Both the position numbers and the translations under genes were made by a program. DNA of 49,324 nt, counting the filler, from Dirinaria sp. TL-2023a (Eukaryota): NCBI GenBank assembly GCA_051941275.1. It is 2 parts of 2 records of this genome, joined end to end, with 100 filler letters (N's around TTAATTAATTAA, not from the genome) between each part and the next. Parts side by side here need not be neighbours in the genome. Positions count along the whole stretch, not along the records: positions 24,766 to 49,324 come from JAVEBF010000184.1; 1 more part is not named here. One strand, 5' to 3'. This document shows, piece after piece, positions 35,459 through 48,993 of the stretch. The notes under the pieces were generated by a model, which saw nothing but the letters and a program-made list of their open reading frames with translations, made no database searches and was not told where the DNA came from. Position 1 is the first letter of the stretch, and each line of letters begins with the position of its first letter.

Positions 35459-38400
35459 CTAGAAACCTCGGCCTACCCGGGGTGTCATAGGCCTCTTGAC
35501 TAGACTCTGACTTGCCATCCTCTTATTTGCGACGCTCATCGGACGGACGACGGTAGGCTTCTCTGTAGATTTTGCGACCCTCTGTGCCTCCCGCTCCTTG
35601 TCCTCAGCCATCTGGGACTCGATCTCCATCTTACGATTGAATTCCTGCTCAGTCACCCGCTTCTCTCGTGCAGAGTAGCCCTTTTCTTTGACGGAAAAGA
35701 AGACACCGCCAAGGTCCGCAAGCCACTAGAGTAGGACAAGTAAGCTATTGCCTAGGGGAACATATCAGAGCGCTGTGTACTTACGTGAGGATCCACCGAA
35801 GTGACCGTCGACATATATTCCTTCGAGGTCAGGATGAGTTCGTGATATACCACGTAATCAGGCAGGTATCCAAGGCCATAAAGAGCACTCGTAGGGTGTA
35901 GCTGTATAGTCACGCTTGTGCGGAGGTTGATATACTCGCCGATGCCTTTGACTTTGGCCGCCTGGTGGTAATAGCCCGAGCAGATACACATGCGAATTAC
36001 ATCCCAGTCAGTGCCACAGCTCGTCATCGTCATTTTCTGGACTTTCATGATGTCGTGCAACTGCTCTCTAATCTCTTTGGCCCGTCGCAGGGCCTTTGGG
36101 TGGAGAAAATGGCGAATGCACCAGCCGTCCGAATAGCCATTGGATTTCCACTGGGTATAGACATGTAAGAGTGTCAAATGGTCCGATTCTGGCACAAAGA
36201 ATTTTTCTCTCGCTGCATCAGACTCTTCCTGACGTTCTTTAGGCCGGTAAAACACACTAGGGACCGAGAGCATTGAAACAATCGTGAGCATCTCCTCACT
36301 GCATCCGTAGTCTTCAGATGTAATAATCAACTTGGCCAATGACGGATCCATCGGGAACGCGGTCATTTTCTTGCCCATTGGAGTGAGTTCACCGATATTG
36401 TCAAGGGCTCCCAACGCCCAAAGATCGAAAAGCGATGTAGTGATCGTATCTTGGGGCGGCGGATCCATGAAGTCAAAATCAAGCAGGTCTCTCACACCAA
36501 GAGATTTTAAGAGAAGGACCGTGTTCGCAAGGTTCGTCCTCTGTATTTCGGGTATGGTCTGTATATAGAACTCATCCTTGAATGCTTGTTCAGTGTACAA
36601 ATGGAAAGCTTTGCCAGGGCCGGTTCGACCAGCCCGGCCAGCACGCTGAGAGGCATTTGCTTGCGAGATTGGAGTGATTTGCAAGGCATCCATACCCATA
36701 CGTGGATTGTAGACTTTGAGCTTGGAATAGCCAGCATCGACCACGTACATGATACCATCCACCGTCAGACTAGTCTCAGCAATGTTTGTTGCCACAATAA
36801 CTTTACGAACGCCAGGAGCCGCCTTGTCGAAGATTTTAGCCTGAAGGTCCGCAGGCATTTGGCTGTATATTGGTAATATGCTGATTTTGGGAGGATCGTT
36901 AAGCATCTTCAAGCGTTCTGCCACAAGCTCGCAAGTAATCTCAATATCCTCTTGACCGGTCATAAAAACTAAAATATCTCCAGCCGGCTGTGACACATGG
37001 ATAGCAAGAATCTGCTTGACAGCGCTATCGACATAATCCTCACACGGTGTCCTCGAATATTGTATATCAACGGGAAAGGTCCGCCCTGGAATAAAGAACT
37101 CAGGGGCTCCGCCATAGAAACGAGAGAACCGATCAGAATTCATGGTCGCTGACGTGACAATCAGCTTTAGGTCTCGTCTTCGGGCAAGGACCTTTTTAAT
37201 AAGTCCCATTAAAACATCGGTGTTGAGCGCTCTTTCGTGCGCTTCGTCCATGATGATACAGGAGTACTTGTCAAGGTCAGGCTCAACAAGCGACTCCCTT
37301 AAAAGCACACCGTCGGTCATGTACTTGATAACAGTATCTTTACTAGTACAGTCCTCAAAACGGATTGCGTAGCCGACAAGCCCACCAAGCTTAACTTCCA
37401 TCTCCTCGCTAACTCGCTTCGCGACACTCATTGCTGCCACTCGCCTAGGCTGTGTGCAGCCTATCATACCCACTTTTGCGTAGCCGTCCTCGTGCAAAAA
37501 CTGTGTCAGCTGTGTAGTCTTTCCAGACCCGGTTTGGCCAACGACGATGACGACCTGGTTGTCACGTATGACTCTCAAGAGCTCTTCTCGTACGGCGAAA
37601 GCGGGTAGGTACTCCCGTTGTTCTCTCAGACTTTTACTTCTTGAGAAAGCACTCTGACCTGTACTTTTTTTGAGGTGCTCAGCAAATTTGCTACCAGACT
37701 TGACTTCATCTTCGCCCGGCGCTGCAGCAGCACTATCACCCTCGTCTTCCTTGATGCCCATCAAATTTCCTAGCGCCGTGCCGGCCATATTCGTCGCTTC
37801 CTGCGCTTGTTTTTGTCTTTCTTTCTGCTGTCTTTTCTCCTTGACGACTTTACTCCCCTTCCGACTGAAAACTGCCATGTCACTTTGAGGATCCCGAACC
37901 GCAGGAACAGGGTCCAATTGCTTCGTGAAGACTTTTCGTCCATCGAGAAAAGGCGGCTTGATATCATGTACTAACAGATGCACCCTCGTAGCTTCTTCGT
38001 CGTCTTCGAAATCACCATCGTAATCTCTTCGCTGCGCCACGCCTGACGTAAGCATACGATTTGCTTCCCAAGCGTCCACATCTCGCTGTTTCTGCACGGC
38101 TTTGGCATTGACCCGCTTGCCTAGCTTTCTTTCCGCTAGAGCAGCTTCTCTTTGCTGGTCAGCCCAGGTTGCGTCAGCGGAACCAAACGGATTATGGCTC
38201 TCATCGCCAAGTGAATGGCCAAACTCATCTCCAGCATACCAATCTCGGTCTAAAGCGTTCGTGTCCTCCTGGGCGACCATGGGTTCTGGACCATCAAACT
38301 CATCTTGTTTCGGGGTGGAAGGATATCTTGATTTTCTTAGAGTCGAGGATCTATAGACGTGACCATTGACTTTACTTTGTACCCGTCCCCCATTATAGTT

Positions 38401-38523
38401 GCCATGCTCTTTGCTATGATGTGGTGTCTGGGGGTTGTGAGATGTTCGGCTTGTAGAGGTTCTTGATGGAATACTTCGATCGGTGTCAAGTCTTCTCCGC
38501 TTAGGACTATCTTCGCGAGACAT
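35459..38523 (-). CDS. PRP16: Pre-mRNA splicing DEAH-box helicase Prp16; exons 38523-35785, 35725-35459
   Basis: [60 protein letters not shown] and QRAGRAGR. Intron 35784-35726 gives VDPH|WLADLG. Confidence 0.96.
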
Positions 38524-38775
38524 GGTGAAATACGCAGATAACGAAGACGATAGTATTCTGATCCCTACAAGACGTACTCAGGAACACCATTCAACAAGGA
38601 GAATCAACTTCTATGGTGCGGAGGACGACTATCTATGAACTCGATTTTCAGTGCTGGGCAACAAGTTTTTGCCGAAGTTGTCCCGGCGCACTCTGGGTTC
38701 ATTGGTTGAGTTTTGACATATTACTTACATGTGGTATTCCTATATGTACGACCCATAGAACGCACCGCCCGCAGT

Positions 38776-40444
38776 ATGTCTATGATCACAGCTTCAGCAT
38801 GGGTTCCCAGAGGTGCAGCCGCAAGGCTGCCCACGAAATACGAAATTGACGACGCAGAGCTTTCGCGCATATCGCAGCTCGCAAAGCTACAGCTTGAGGA
38901 CGCAAAAAATGATTTACACTTCGCTCAAGCGGAAAGCAGGGGTGCATCGAAGACAGATGTATCTGATGAAGAAGTCGAGCATCTCCAAGTTCAACTGCCT
39001 CAGTCGCACGGGTAGGCAATGCCTCTGCCCTCCGCGCAGCGTGATCCACTGGCCCTAATTCAGCGCACCTAGGGACGTGGACAACAATTTGGCAGAGTTC
39101 AATCTTGAACACTACGATAGTGACGTTCCTGGCGAGAACGGCGATGCTGCATTAAAATTTGGCAATGCGCAAGCACTGGCTTATTACAACTCCAATGCCG
39201 AGGATCCTTACATAACTCTACAAGGAGCCGAGGATGAGGAGGAGCGCGAAGAATTAGAGGTTCTAGCTACTGACAATATGGTTGTTGCTGCTAGAGTTGA
39301 AGACGAGGTTGCGCATCTGGAGGTATACATCTATGAAGATGAGGCGGACAATCTGTATGTCCATCACGACGTGATGTTACCGGCGATCCCGCTGTGTGTA
39401 GAATGGATCGATGTACCAGTAGGAAGATCTGCCGTCGATTCAAGTCTTAAAGGGAATTATGTGGCTGTAGGGACATTCGATCCAGATATCGAGTTATGGG
39501 ATCTCGACACGATAGATTCCATGTACCCGAATGCGATATTAGGCCCCGGGGCAACCGACTCAAAGGACGATCCAGGTCTCGGAAAGAAGAAGAAACGCAA
39601 AAGATCCAAAAAGATCAACGAGGAATATCATATTGACGCTATCCTTTCCCTGGCTGCGAACAGGAGCCATCGAAACCTCTTGGCCTCGTCTTCCGCCGAT
39701 AAAACCGTAAAATTGTGGGATCTGACAACCACTAAATGTGCTAGATCATACTCGTATCACACTGACAAGGTCTGCGCGACAGCTTGGAATCCTCGAGAAT
39801 CTACCTACCTATTGAGTGGCAGCTACGACAGAACTGTGGTTGTAGCAGATATGCGAGCGCCCGACACCGCAGCACCTCGATGGGGAGTGGAAAGCGACGT
39901 CGAGGCTGTGAATTGGAACCCTCATGATCCCAACTTTTTCTACATTACCACGGAGAACGGAACGGTTCATTACAACGACATTCGAGCTGCACCTCAGAAA
40001 CCCGAGGCATCAAATCCCATGTGGACTTTACAGGCTCATGACCAATCCGTCTCAGCCTTTGATGTAAACCCGACCATCCCGGGTTTCCTGGTGACGGGCT
40101 CGACAGATAGAGAAATCAAGTTGTGGAATGTGCAATCGACCGGACCAAGCATGATAGTATCCCGAAACCTCGGCCTGGGCAAGATCTTTACCACAAAATT
40201 TGCTCCAGACGCAGAGGTAGGCTTCAGGTTAGCCGCTGCTGGTAGTAAAGGGTCAATGCAAATATGGGATACGTCTACCAACTCAGCGGTTCGCCGTGCT
40301 TTTGGCAGCCGGGTGGCTTCATCGAACGAGGATGTCAAAGAAAGACTTGTTGGAGTCGAGGAAGATAGTAGCGACTCTGAAGAAGGGGAAGAACCAGGTG
40401 GAAACGCAGCGGACGGTGCAGGGGGATCTATGGATGAAGATTGA
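38776..40444 (+). CDS. PWP1: Periodic tryptophan protein 1 (WD40, rRNA biogenesis); exons 38776-39011, 39073-40444
   Basis: MITASAWVPRG, LEVYIYE..NLYVHHDVMLPAIPLCVEW, AVGTFDPDIELWDLD and WD40 repeats. Confidence 0.93.
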
Positions 40445-42111
40445 ACAAGATACCGCAGTTCTAGCTGAGCGATGCTCAACGCTTTCGTTGCTGAACCGAG
40501 CGCAGATGGTTTGGTGAGCATAGCACAGATGTCCGTTGGTGGCTGGGTCACAGCTTACATGTAGCCTACCTTACACTTTGAGGTTGCAGACTCACTCGGT
40601 CGCACGCGATACGTCTTATTAATCGGCACTGCCAGAGGTTGGCAAATAAGCTACGATCGACCTTTGCTGCAAGGCAACAATAGCCAAAGATGAGTTGCTA
40701 CAACTCATGAGCAATGTTGCGTTGCATTATTGCTCCTGATGAAAGGAAGGCCTTGTTGGGTTGAAACGTGTTTGGTAGCAAGGTAGTTTGTGTTCCAACA
40801 GTGAGGAGGGCAAGCGTGGGTAGCAGCGATGCGAAAGTCCAATACTCGCTACTGGTGCCACCGTGCCTCAAGGATTACCACTTGAGACATGAAACACACT
40901 GGTTTGATCGTAGGATGAATAATGGCTGGGCAGTGTGATCATCACTTCAGATCGTGAAAGCCGCTGTGTACATGTATATTGTATACCCTCCACATAGGCG
41001 ATTCGCAGTGGCCTGTTGTGTTTGATGACGCCGTGGATCGACCACTGCGAGTTTGGTGGTGTGCCGCGATGGTAGTCTAGACGCTGGTCTAATCGTCTAG
41101 TTTGTCCCATCCAAATTTTAGCATGCGATCCGTCTTTGTATACTTAGGCGCTGGAATCAGTCACGAACTCGTGCAGAACGGAAGGACTTTCGAGGTCTAT
41201 GTATATCTCCAGTGCTGTAAGCGAAGTTGTCTGTATGGACATATTTGACCAGCTCATGTGTAATAAGGTAAAGTAAGGTAGAGTAATAAGCGTTTCAGGC
41301 CGGAGCATTATTTAGAAATTAGGTCGGGACTAAGGTAGGAGACACACAGACCTCTGCTTGGCCACTGCTGTAACGCTGTTCCAATCAAACTCGCTTGCGT
41401 GGACCACTGGACCATCAACAAACTTCACACCACGTATTGGACCCGACAGAGCTAAGAGCGTAATGTACTGTAATCGTGGGTTTCACGTCAAAAACTGAAG
41501 ACTTCATTGGCTTGTATATGCCGGCAGTCTTCGGGCCCTTGTTTTGAAACCGTAAAAAATACGAAGCTAGCTGGCCAAGGCTGCAGATGAACATGAGCTA
41601 CATCCTGGCGCAATTGGCAGGCTTATTGGGCATTCGCGCCAAGGATTAGGGGGGAAAAGCACACCCACTCCCGTACTACTGAGACCAGAGTGAGGTACCG
41701 ACTAAGGTACTCCGTACCTTACTTTCCCCTTCTCCCTCTCCTCCTCCTCCTTGCCGCATTCTATCTCTGTCTATTGTTCCTTCTCATCCTACTTCAAGCC
41801 TGAGGCTATCGTCACTCTTTCACGCACTGCCCCACATTCTTTGATCTTTTCGACCATACGGACTGTGTCCGCATCGTCTTACCTGACACCTTAACCCGCA
41901 CTTCACTTCGCTGCCACGCATCGGCGGACAAACATTCATTGTTCATCCTAATCCGCATCACTCCAAAACTTCTTGAGCATTTTTGCGCGCCACAGTCATT
42001 ACTCGAACGTTGAAACGCTCAATCTACAACCCAAGATCATCGATCCCCGCTACAGCTGCGCTCTACTACCTAAGGAACCACAACACAGTCACCTGGATCT
42101 GAACAGTCGCG

Positions 42112-42861
42112 ATGTCACTTGCACGAGCATTCACCAAGCGGCATAAGCGACCGGATATCGCTGTCATGACTCCAGCTCGTGCTGCCAGCGTGAAAAACCA
42201 CAACGGACCCATTTCGCGCAGCTTGATCTCACCGCCCGTCGAGCTGATCTCAACCACTAATGTTCTCGCTTATAATGCTCCTAATATCTACGGTGACGAT
42301 TCCGACAGCTCTCTAGGCTCACTTGCGTCTTCACGTGGTACCACACCAGATACATCCTCTATCGAATGTTCGCCTAGCCCCGTTGAGGAGAACCATCTGT
42401 CGAGCTTTTTCCGCACCCCGGGGCAGCCTGTTTCCACCTCCGGATCTGGCTCTCTCCGCCAGTCGAGTGCCTCGAGCGATGTGGATGTTCATACCATACC
42501 CGTGCGAAATCCATCTCGTACCATGAAATCAACACAAGATGTAGCTCGAAAGCAATCCCTATCAAAAGTCGTTCCTGCTCCTCTGAGTCTTCCTTCAGCA
42601 AAAGACAGCACCAACAATATCGACCCGGTTTTGGGAAAGCCAGATGTTAGACATCCCTTCGGGCCTGAGCTTGAGCAGGTGAACGAGCTGGCTGAGGAAA
42701 TTCGAGGACACGATGTGGTGATCCTGGACGAAGAGGAACAATACTTGGCAAGTCACGGGCTATGTAAATTCGGCGCTCAGGACTACTTAGACGAGATCAA
42801 CGGATTCTGTGGAGGAAGCTATGCAAATCCGTTTAGTCCTCTCAATGCTGGCTGGATTTAA
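42112..42861 (+). CDS. Hypothetical protein (249 aa, single exon)
   Basis: Clean ATG-to-TAA ORF after a pyrimidine-rich 5' leader. Motifs MSLARAFTKR, ISPPVELISTTN and HPFGPELEQVNELAEE resemble a fungal-specific family (recalled, not searched). Confidence 0.8.
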   Translation: MSLARAFTKRHKRPDIAVMTPARAASVKNHNGPISRSLISPPVELISTTNVLAYNAPNIYGDDSDSSLGSLASSRGTTPDTSSIECSPSPVEENHLSSFFRTPGQPVSTSGSGSLRQSSASSDVDVHTIPVRNPSRTMKSTQDVARKQSLSKVVPAPLSLPSAKDSTNNIDPVLGKPDVRHPFGPELEQVNELAEEIRGHDVVILDEEEQYLASHGLCKFGAQDYLDEINGFCGGSYANPFSPLNAGWI

Positions 42862-43490
42862 TATCACGCCACCGTAAGCAGGATGATGGGCGGGGCTCCC
42901 TCAGATCAATTGCAGCACTGGACCGGCTGGTCACTTCTTGTCCATACTTTGCGAGTCTTCATATTACGATCGATATCACTTGTCCTTTGTCGGCCGAAGC
43001 TACAGTGGTCATGATCGTGGAGAGTTGGAACCTGGTGCTGGAAAATAGTCGCGTCGGCCAGAGCTCCCATTAACCACTGACACCCAGCCTCTTACGCTCC
43101 TTACTAGCGCTAATTCTTCAACGGAATGTATGCGGTGCAATAGGCGTTACCACTCAGTAGAGTACTCAGTTGATAGGGTTTCAAGGATAATGAGAATTGA
43201 ACGCAAAGATCCATTAAATATTGTCTTGCATCTAGATGTGTGCCATATCACCCTTGCATGGCGATGGGACTCGGTCCTTCATTGTACTTCGTAACTTTGA
43301 ATTTCAGGGATTTGTTGTTCGCTATCCGTATTACTTCCAATTCGCCGAACAAACCCATTCATGCCAAAGCTCTGTTGTGCTAGTCTACCTGAATGAGGCA
43401 ATGGCTTAGGCCCGAAGCAGCATTGTCTTATCAAATACCAATGCAATCACTATCTGTCAAACGTACTCATGGGTCGTTTTGACTCCTACA

Positions 43491-46400
43491 ATGACCACTA
43501 ATGAGAAAGACATTGAAGAGGATAAGCCACCAACTCCCGAGCCAGGACGGAACGCGACGAATACACCGGTACCCATCGCAAAAAGTTCGGCCACTGAATT
43601 GAACGCTCCAAGCAGTCCCCATGAGGCACAGCTAAACAGTCACAATGAAGTATCATCAGACTCTAGTGTCCCGCAAGATGAGGCAGCAAACGACCACAGG
43701 AAGCCAACAAGTTCCCTCAATCTACCCACCGCGACCCAGTCCGCAGACACGAAGGCAGGGGAACACGAGGACAATTTTGATAGTACGCTCGTTAACCCCG
43801 CCGAAGGGGTTTCACAGTGGTCGCATCAAGCCCTTGCGCCTCACAAGGCAGAGCACGAAAGCCAAGAGCACGAGGAGCAATGGCAAGATATGCCAGCATA
43901 TGCACCATATGACCTCTACGATGATGACGGGAAGCTCATAGCCCGAGAGGCTCAAGAATTAAACGACAATGTCTACGAGGGTCTTGGAGGGGCCGGAAAA
44001 GGCTACACACGAGTGCAGATGGATGAAGACGCCCGCTCCACTACTAGCATGGACGACAATACCAGTTACCTCTTCAAGGCAAGAGGTACGCACTTGGCAG
44101 ACGAGGATGAGGAGCAAAGGGACCCTCTGGCGCAGATGCAAGCTACGAAAGATCTTCTGACGGAAGGGCAGCGCATCGCGTATGTTGGTGTGACAAGATT
44201 AGCAATGTCAAAGATGGTTAGGGAACTGGACCTTACGGAGGGTACTAAAGGAACCAAGAAAGAGCTCAGAATTGCCTCGGAATCTATGAAGATGTGGAGC
44301 CAGCAGATGATGGTTCGCTTGTACGCTCATATGGAAATCGACTCTTCAGGTGGGTACTACATGATGCTTAAGCTGGGCTCACATCACTAAGAGTTTCCAG
44401 AGCAAATAATGATTGAACAATTGGCTGAGCATGGAGTTGAGCCGAGCGATCTGACGCCTGTCTTGATGCAGAACTCGAGAGTCAAGAACCCAATGGCAGA
44501 GGATTCGTCCAGTCATCGTCAGTCCACATCATCTCCCAATGGAGACGCCGGATCGGCGCCACTAAAGTCACCTGCCTTGACTGGTGGTGAAGATGACACG
44601 GAGCCAGAATTACCGGCCTACCAGGAGGTCGAAGGGGTGGACATGCCTGAAGTTCGAACGCCTTCACAGCTTCCAACCACACAAAGGCTAGACATCGACC
44701 TGCGATGGACCGTGCTTTGCGACCTCTTCCTTGTATTGATAGCTGATTCGATTTATGATTCACGTTCAAGGGTCCTTCTTGAACGTGTAGGGGCCGCTCT
44801 AGCCGTTCCTTGGCTTGAAATATGCCGTTTTGAGAAACGAGTCACAGACGCATTGGAGATGCAGGAAGCGGCCAACAAGGAGACTTGGGATGAAGCTGAG
44901 CATATGGAAAACCGACGAAAGCTTGCTCTAAAAAGGAAGTATGTAATGATGGGGCTTGCCACTGTCGGCGGCAGTCTTGTCATCGGCCTCTCCGCAGGCC
45001 TTCTTGCGCCTGTCATTGGAGCTGGTCTAGCCGCGGGCTTTACAACGATCGGTGTTGCTGGTACCAGCGGGTTCCTCGCCGGTGCTGGGGGCACAGCACT
45101 TATTACGTCGGGAGCTGTAGTAACAGGAGGTACCATCGCAGTGAGAGCTTCCCACCGAAGGACAGGTGCTGTGCGCACATTTGAGTACAGGCCTCTGCAC
45201 AACAACAAGCGAGTCAACCTTATCGTGACGATCTCAGGATGGATGAATGGTAAGGTCGACGATGTCAGGTTACCCTATAGTACAGTAGACCCTATCATGG
45301 GCGATATGTATTCAGTATTGTGGGAGCCAGAGATGCTGCAGAGCATGGGGCAGACCATAAACATCCTAGCCACTGAGGTACTTCCCCCAACGCCATATCT
45401 ATGACGGACCGCGAATTTGCTAATGTGTTCTTCAGGCACTCACACAAGGCCTCCAACAGGTTCTGGGAAGTACGATTCTAGTCGCATTGATGGCATCTCT
45501 TCAGCTTCCGATTGTGCTTTCGAAACTTTCTTACCTAATTGACAACCCATGGACGGTATCTCTAGGTCGGGCAAATGCTGCAGGTCTGATCTTGGCAGAT
45601 TCACTGATTGACAGGAATCTGGGTGCTCGTCCAATAACTTTAGTTGGATTTTCATTAGGGTCCCGTGTAATATTCTCGTGTCTGAGGGAGCTTGCGAATA
45701 AAGGAGCTTTTGGTCTGGTCCAAAACGTTTACCTGTTTGGGTCGCCAATCGTTTCTAATAAGGATGAGTATTTGCGTGCCAGAATGGTGGTATCTGGACG
45801 CTTTGTCAACGGCTATGCATCGAATGACTGGATCCTGGGTAACGAGTTCCAACCTCTCATAGTCATTGCCCACTAAATTCTATCAGGTTACCTGTTCCGT
45901 GCCACAAGCGGTGGCATTATGCGAGTAGCCGGCCTTGCTCCAGTCGAGAACATTCCGAGCTTGGAGAATATTGACGTTACTAGCCTTGTCAATGGCCACA
46001 TGGCATACCGTGCAGCAATGCCAAGGTTACTTCGAGAAGTTGGATGGGAGGTTGAAAGCGACGAGTTCACAGAAATCGAAGATCCCGACCCGGAGAATCA
46101 TGAGAGACGGCAACGCGAGCTGATCCGAGAGATTGACGAGGCACGCAAAGACGCGGAATCGAAACCGGGAAAGAAACGATTCGGCTTCTTCAAGCGTGGG
46201 AAGCTTGCTGAGAAAAAGGGGTGGGAAACATACGATGACAGTATGCGGGAAGCTGGGCATCCCTCCAGTACTGCCGATGATGGAACCGGTGACGTTCTTT
46301 TCGACATTGAAGCCATCAAGGCCGAGCTGGCCAGCGAGCAGGTTGAGGTCAAGCAGCTAGAATCCACACTTCCGCCAATGAAGGTTAGTCTGGAAAGCGC

Positions 46401-46902
46401 GCCCGCCTCGGCTGGCCTGAGACAGGATAATCCACGTGCGAATCTTCGAGAGACAAAGAGCTATGATACAAGTTTACCATATCGGCCTAGAGCTAGTCGC
46501 GAAGGCTCCCAAATCTCGACATCCAAAGTTCAGGCTGCCAATCCGTTCAACCAAGGTTACGATGACTATGAAGACTATGAGGAGAATGGGACGAAGTTTC
46601 ACAGCAGCGAGAATGTCAAGATGTCTTTCGACCATCCACACCTGTCTTCCCAAACGTCTTTGGAGCAATCACGGCGGTCACCATCGCCAGTGAAGTCGAT
46701 GCGCTCGTCATTGTGCTCGCCAAACCTCGCACCATCTCCTCACGAACCGCCAGAGCTGTCACCAACTCAGCGGCCGAAATTCCGGTCGTCGCTATCAATG
46801 CCTATGGAACCCAGTGCGCTCAACATTGAGCATAATGCTTGGCTTGATGAGGATGATGAGGGCTTTGGAAAGGAGAAGAATATACAGATGACTTTCGGTT
46901 AG
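43491..46902 (+). CDS. DUF726/TMCO4 (Mil1-like) membrane protein with alpha/beta-hydrolase motif; exons 43491-44349, 44401-45377, 45436-45838, 45887-46902
   Basis: IDLRWTVLCDLFL..YDSRSR, a Gly/Ala-rich hydrophobic hairpin (GLATVGGSLVIGLSAGLLAP), LIDNPW, RPITLVGFSLG (GxSxG) and GHMAY. Confidence 0.9.
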
Positions 46903-47260
46903 GGGTTCCTTGTGCTATTCGATTTAGCGCGGCGTAATTGGTCTTAAGCATATTACCGGCGGCTCCCTCTTCCAGCATCTACACTGTGGCCTGCTTGTGC
47001 TGCGTTCAACATATAATTATGCATCCATAGAGAGGAATCGGTAGAGTGAAGATGAAACTCGCGGCATCTGCAGCCTTGGTTATCATTGTGGGGGTCGTTT
47101 GAGATCATGGAATTTTGGCATTTAATCGATCCCAGACATGTAAAGCACAGACAAGACTGCAGCATGGTTATGATAAGTGAAGCAAATTAGTTTAATTATT
47201 TAATCATATCATAGCGGGCCGCAGAATATGCGAACTAAAGTGCAAACCTTAATGTATCAT

Positions 47261-47288
47261 AAACGCGCTCTCAGAACCGTAAACGCGA
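47261..47288. promoter_or_regulatory. Paired MCB-like ACGCG elements upstream of the RTC4-like gene
   Basis: TAAACGCG occurs twice, 20 bp apart, in an AT-rich stretch about 90-110 bp before the ATG. Confidence 0.45.
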
Positions 47289-47372
47289 CATGAATTAATT
47301 CATTTACAAATGTTTGATCATATTCATGCAAAAATACGGCCATTATTATTACGATTCGTCCATGCTCTTTGA

Positions 47373-48960
47373 ATGGATCTCAAGCCGAAGCCGAGAAGAG
47401 CTGGGTTGAGCCGCAATGCGAAACTTGGCTACTCTTTGCTCGAGTATGGTCCGCACAGAAAGAGTACCCCTCGGCCTCCTCAGTCTTCTCAAATTCCTCG
47501 GCCGCCGTCACCTGACGACATTGAAGCCCCTCCACAAGGCTCTAGTGACGAAGCCCCTAGCGATGGAGCCTCGACCGACTCCGAGCTCGGGTTGGGCCGC
47601 GCGACTAAGAGGAGAAAGAAGAGCCACGAAAGAGCATCAGACGATGACATAGGGTCTGGAGAGTTGTCTACCGCACCTTCGAACATACGCAGCTCAAGTT
47701 TCACTACATCCCAAAAGTCCAAATTAGAAGACGACAGTGAAGAACATTTCCTTACATGGAGCCAAGGAAGATCTTCTCAGTCGGGGAAACTTGGCAGAAC
47801 CTACACCAAGTTGAAAAACATACACAAGGCCACCCAAGAAACACCGGAAACCAAGGCTTCCAAAAAGCAATCCAACGTAGCAAACGACGATGAAGCAACC
47901 GGTTTCCGCATGCCCGACATAATTGGGTTGTGTGCGAAAGGTAAGGCAAGCTAGGGATTTTGGGTGGAAGCAAGTTAAAAAGCAAGCAGCCGACGAAAGT
48001 GGACCCCCACAGAAAAGCAGCGGTAGCTTCAAGATACCACCTGTACAGAGTCTTCGATCACAGAGAGCTGCCAGGCGCTCTTCAAGAGACGATGGCTTTT
48101 CCCCTGGAGGAAAGCCCACGAACACGTTCAAACTACCCGAGCTTGCCGCTGCGGAGAAACTTAGCCCAGCGAAAACCTTTGTGCAGCCGCGGCGAGCAGT
48201 CGTCGACACAAGTACTTCGCCAAGTTCGAAGGCTTTGAATACGTTTAAAGCTCCATTCAGGTGCACAGACTACAATGATCTGGGCACAGCGGATATGCAA
48301 GGTCTGCTGGAGCAAGTCAAAGGGAGTACCGACGCCCCGTTAAAGATTAGGACTTCCGACTCTTCGATAACCGAGTCTTCAATGCCTTCTATTTCCCGTG
48401 ATGCCGCGAGCTCATCCTCTATTAGTTCACCACCCAGCTCACCTGGTGATTTTGAGACATTCATCAGCAAGTCAAGCGCTGATGGCAAAGAGCTCCCAGT
48501 AGCGGTGTGTCCAGTGTGCAAAGAGCCTGTGGATTGCACTTTCTTGGAGGAGTTCGACGGTGGGAAGCGGCTACGCTCTCGAGACCAATTGAGGTTCTGC
48601 AAGGCCCACCGAGCGCGCTCAGCTAGGTCCGAGTGGTCTGCAAAAGGGTATCCAGAAATTGACTGGCAACATTTCGATCGGAGGATGGAGAAATACCACC
48701 CGGTTATCGATGGCATTCTGAAAGGGACGAGACCATCGTACTCCAGGAACGCCTTCGAACAAACGATAAACAGTAAGAAATTCAGGACCATGAAGGAAGC
48801 GTATCAAGATTCCGAAAGCATGGAGGGTCTTTCCCCTGGGTACTACGGATCTAGGGGGGCGAGAGCCATGTACGTTTCTCTTTCACCTCTCTCTCTCTGT
48901 CGTCCTTTGCACGACTCCTCATTCGTCCCCTTCATAAACCTAAATACAATACTGAATCCC

Positions 48961-48993
<33 letters not shown>

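Noticed and set aside
40700..40775. Hammerhead-ribozyme-like CTGATGA...GAAA with a plausible stem I
   Set aside because: Stem II closes with only 2 bp, there is no UH cleavage site before stem I, and stem III cannot pair.
40750..41300. RNase MRP/P- or SRP-like fragments (GAAAGTCC, TCAGGCCGGAGCA)
   Set aside because: The matches are partial, and I found no P4 partner or complete helix-8 motif.
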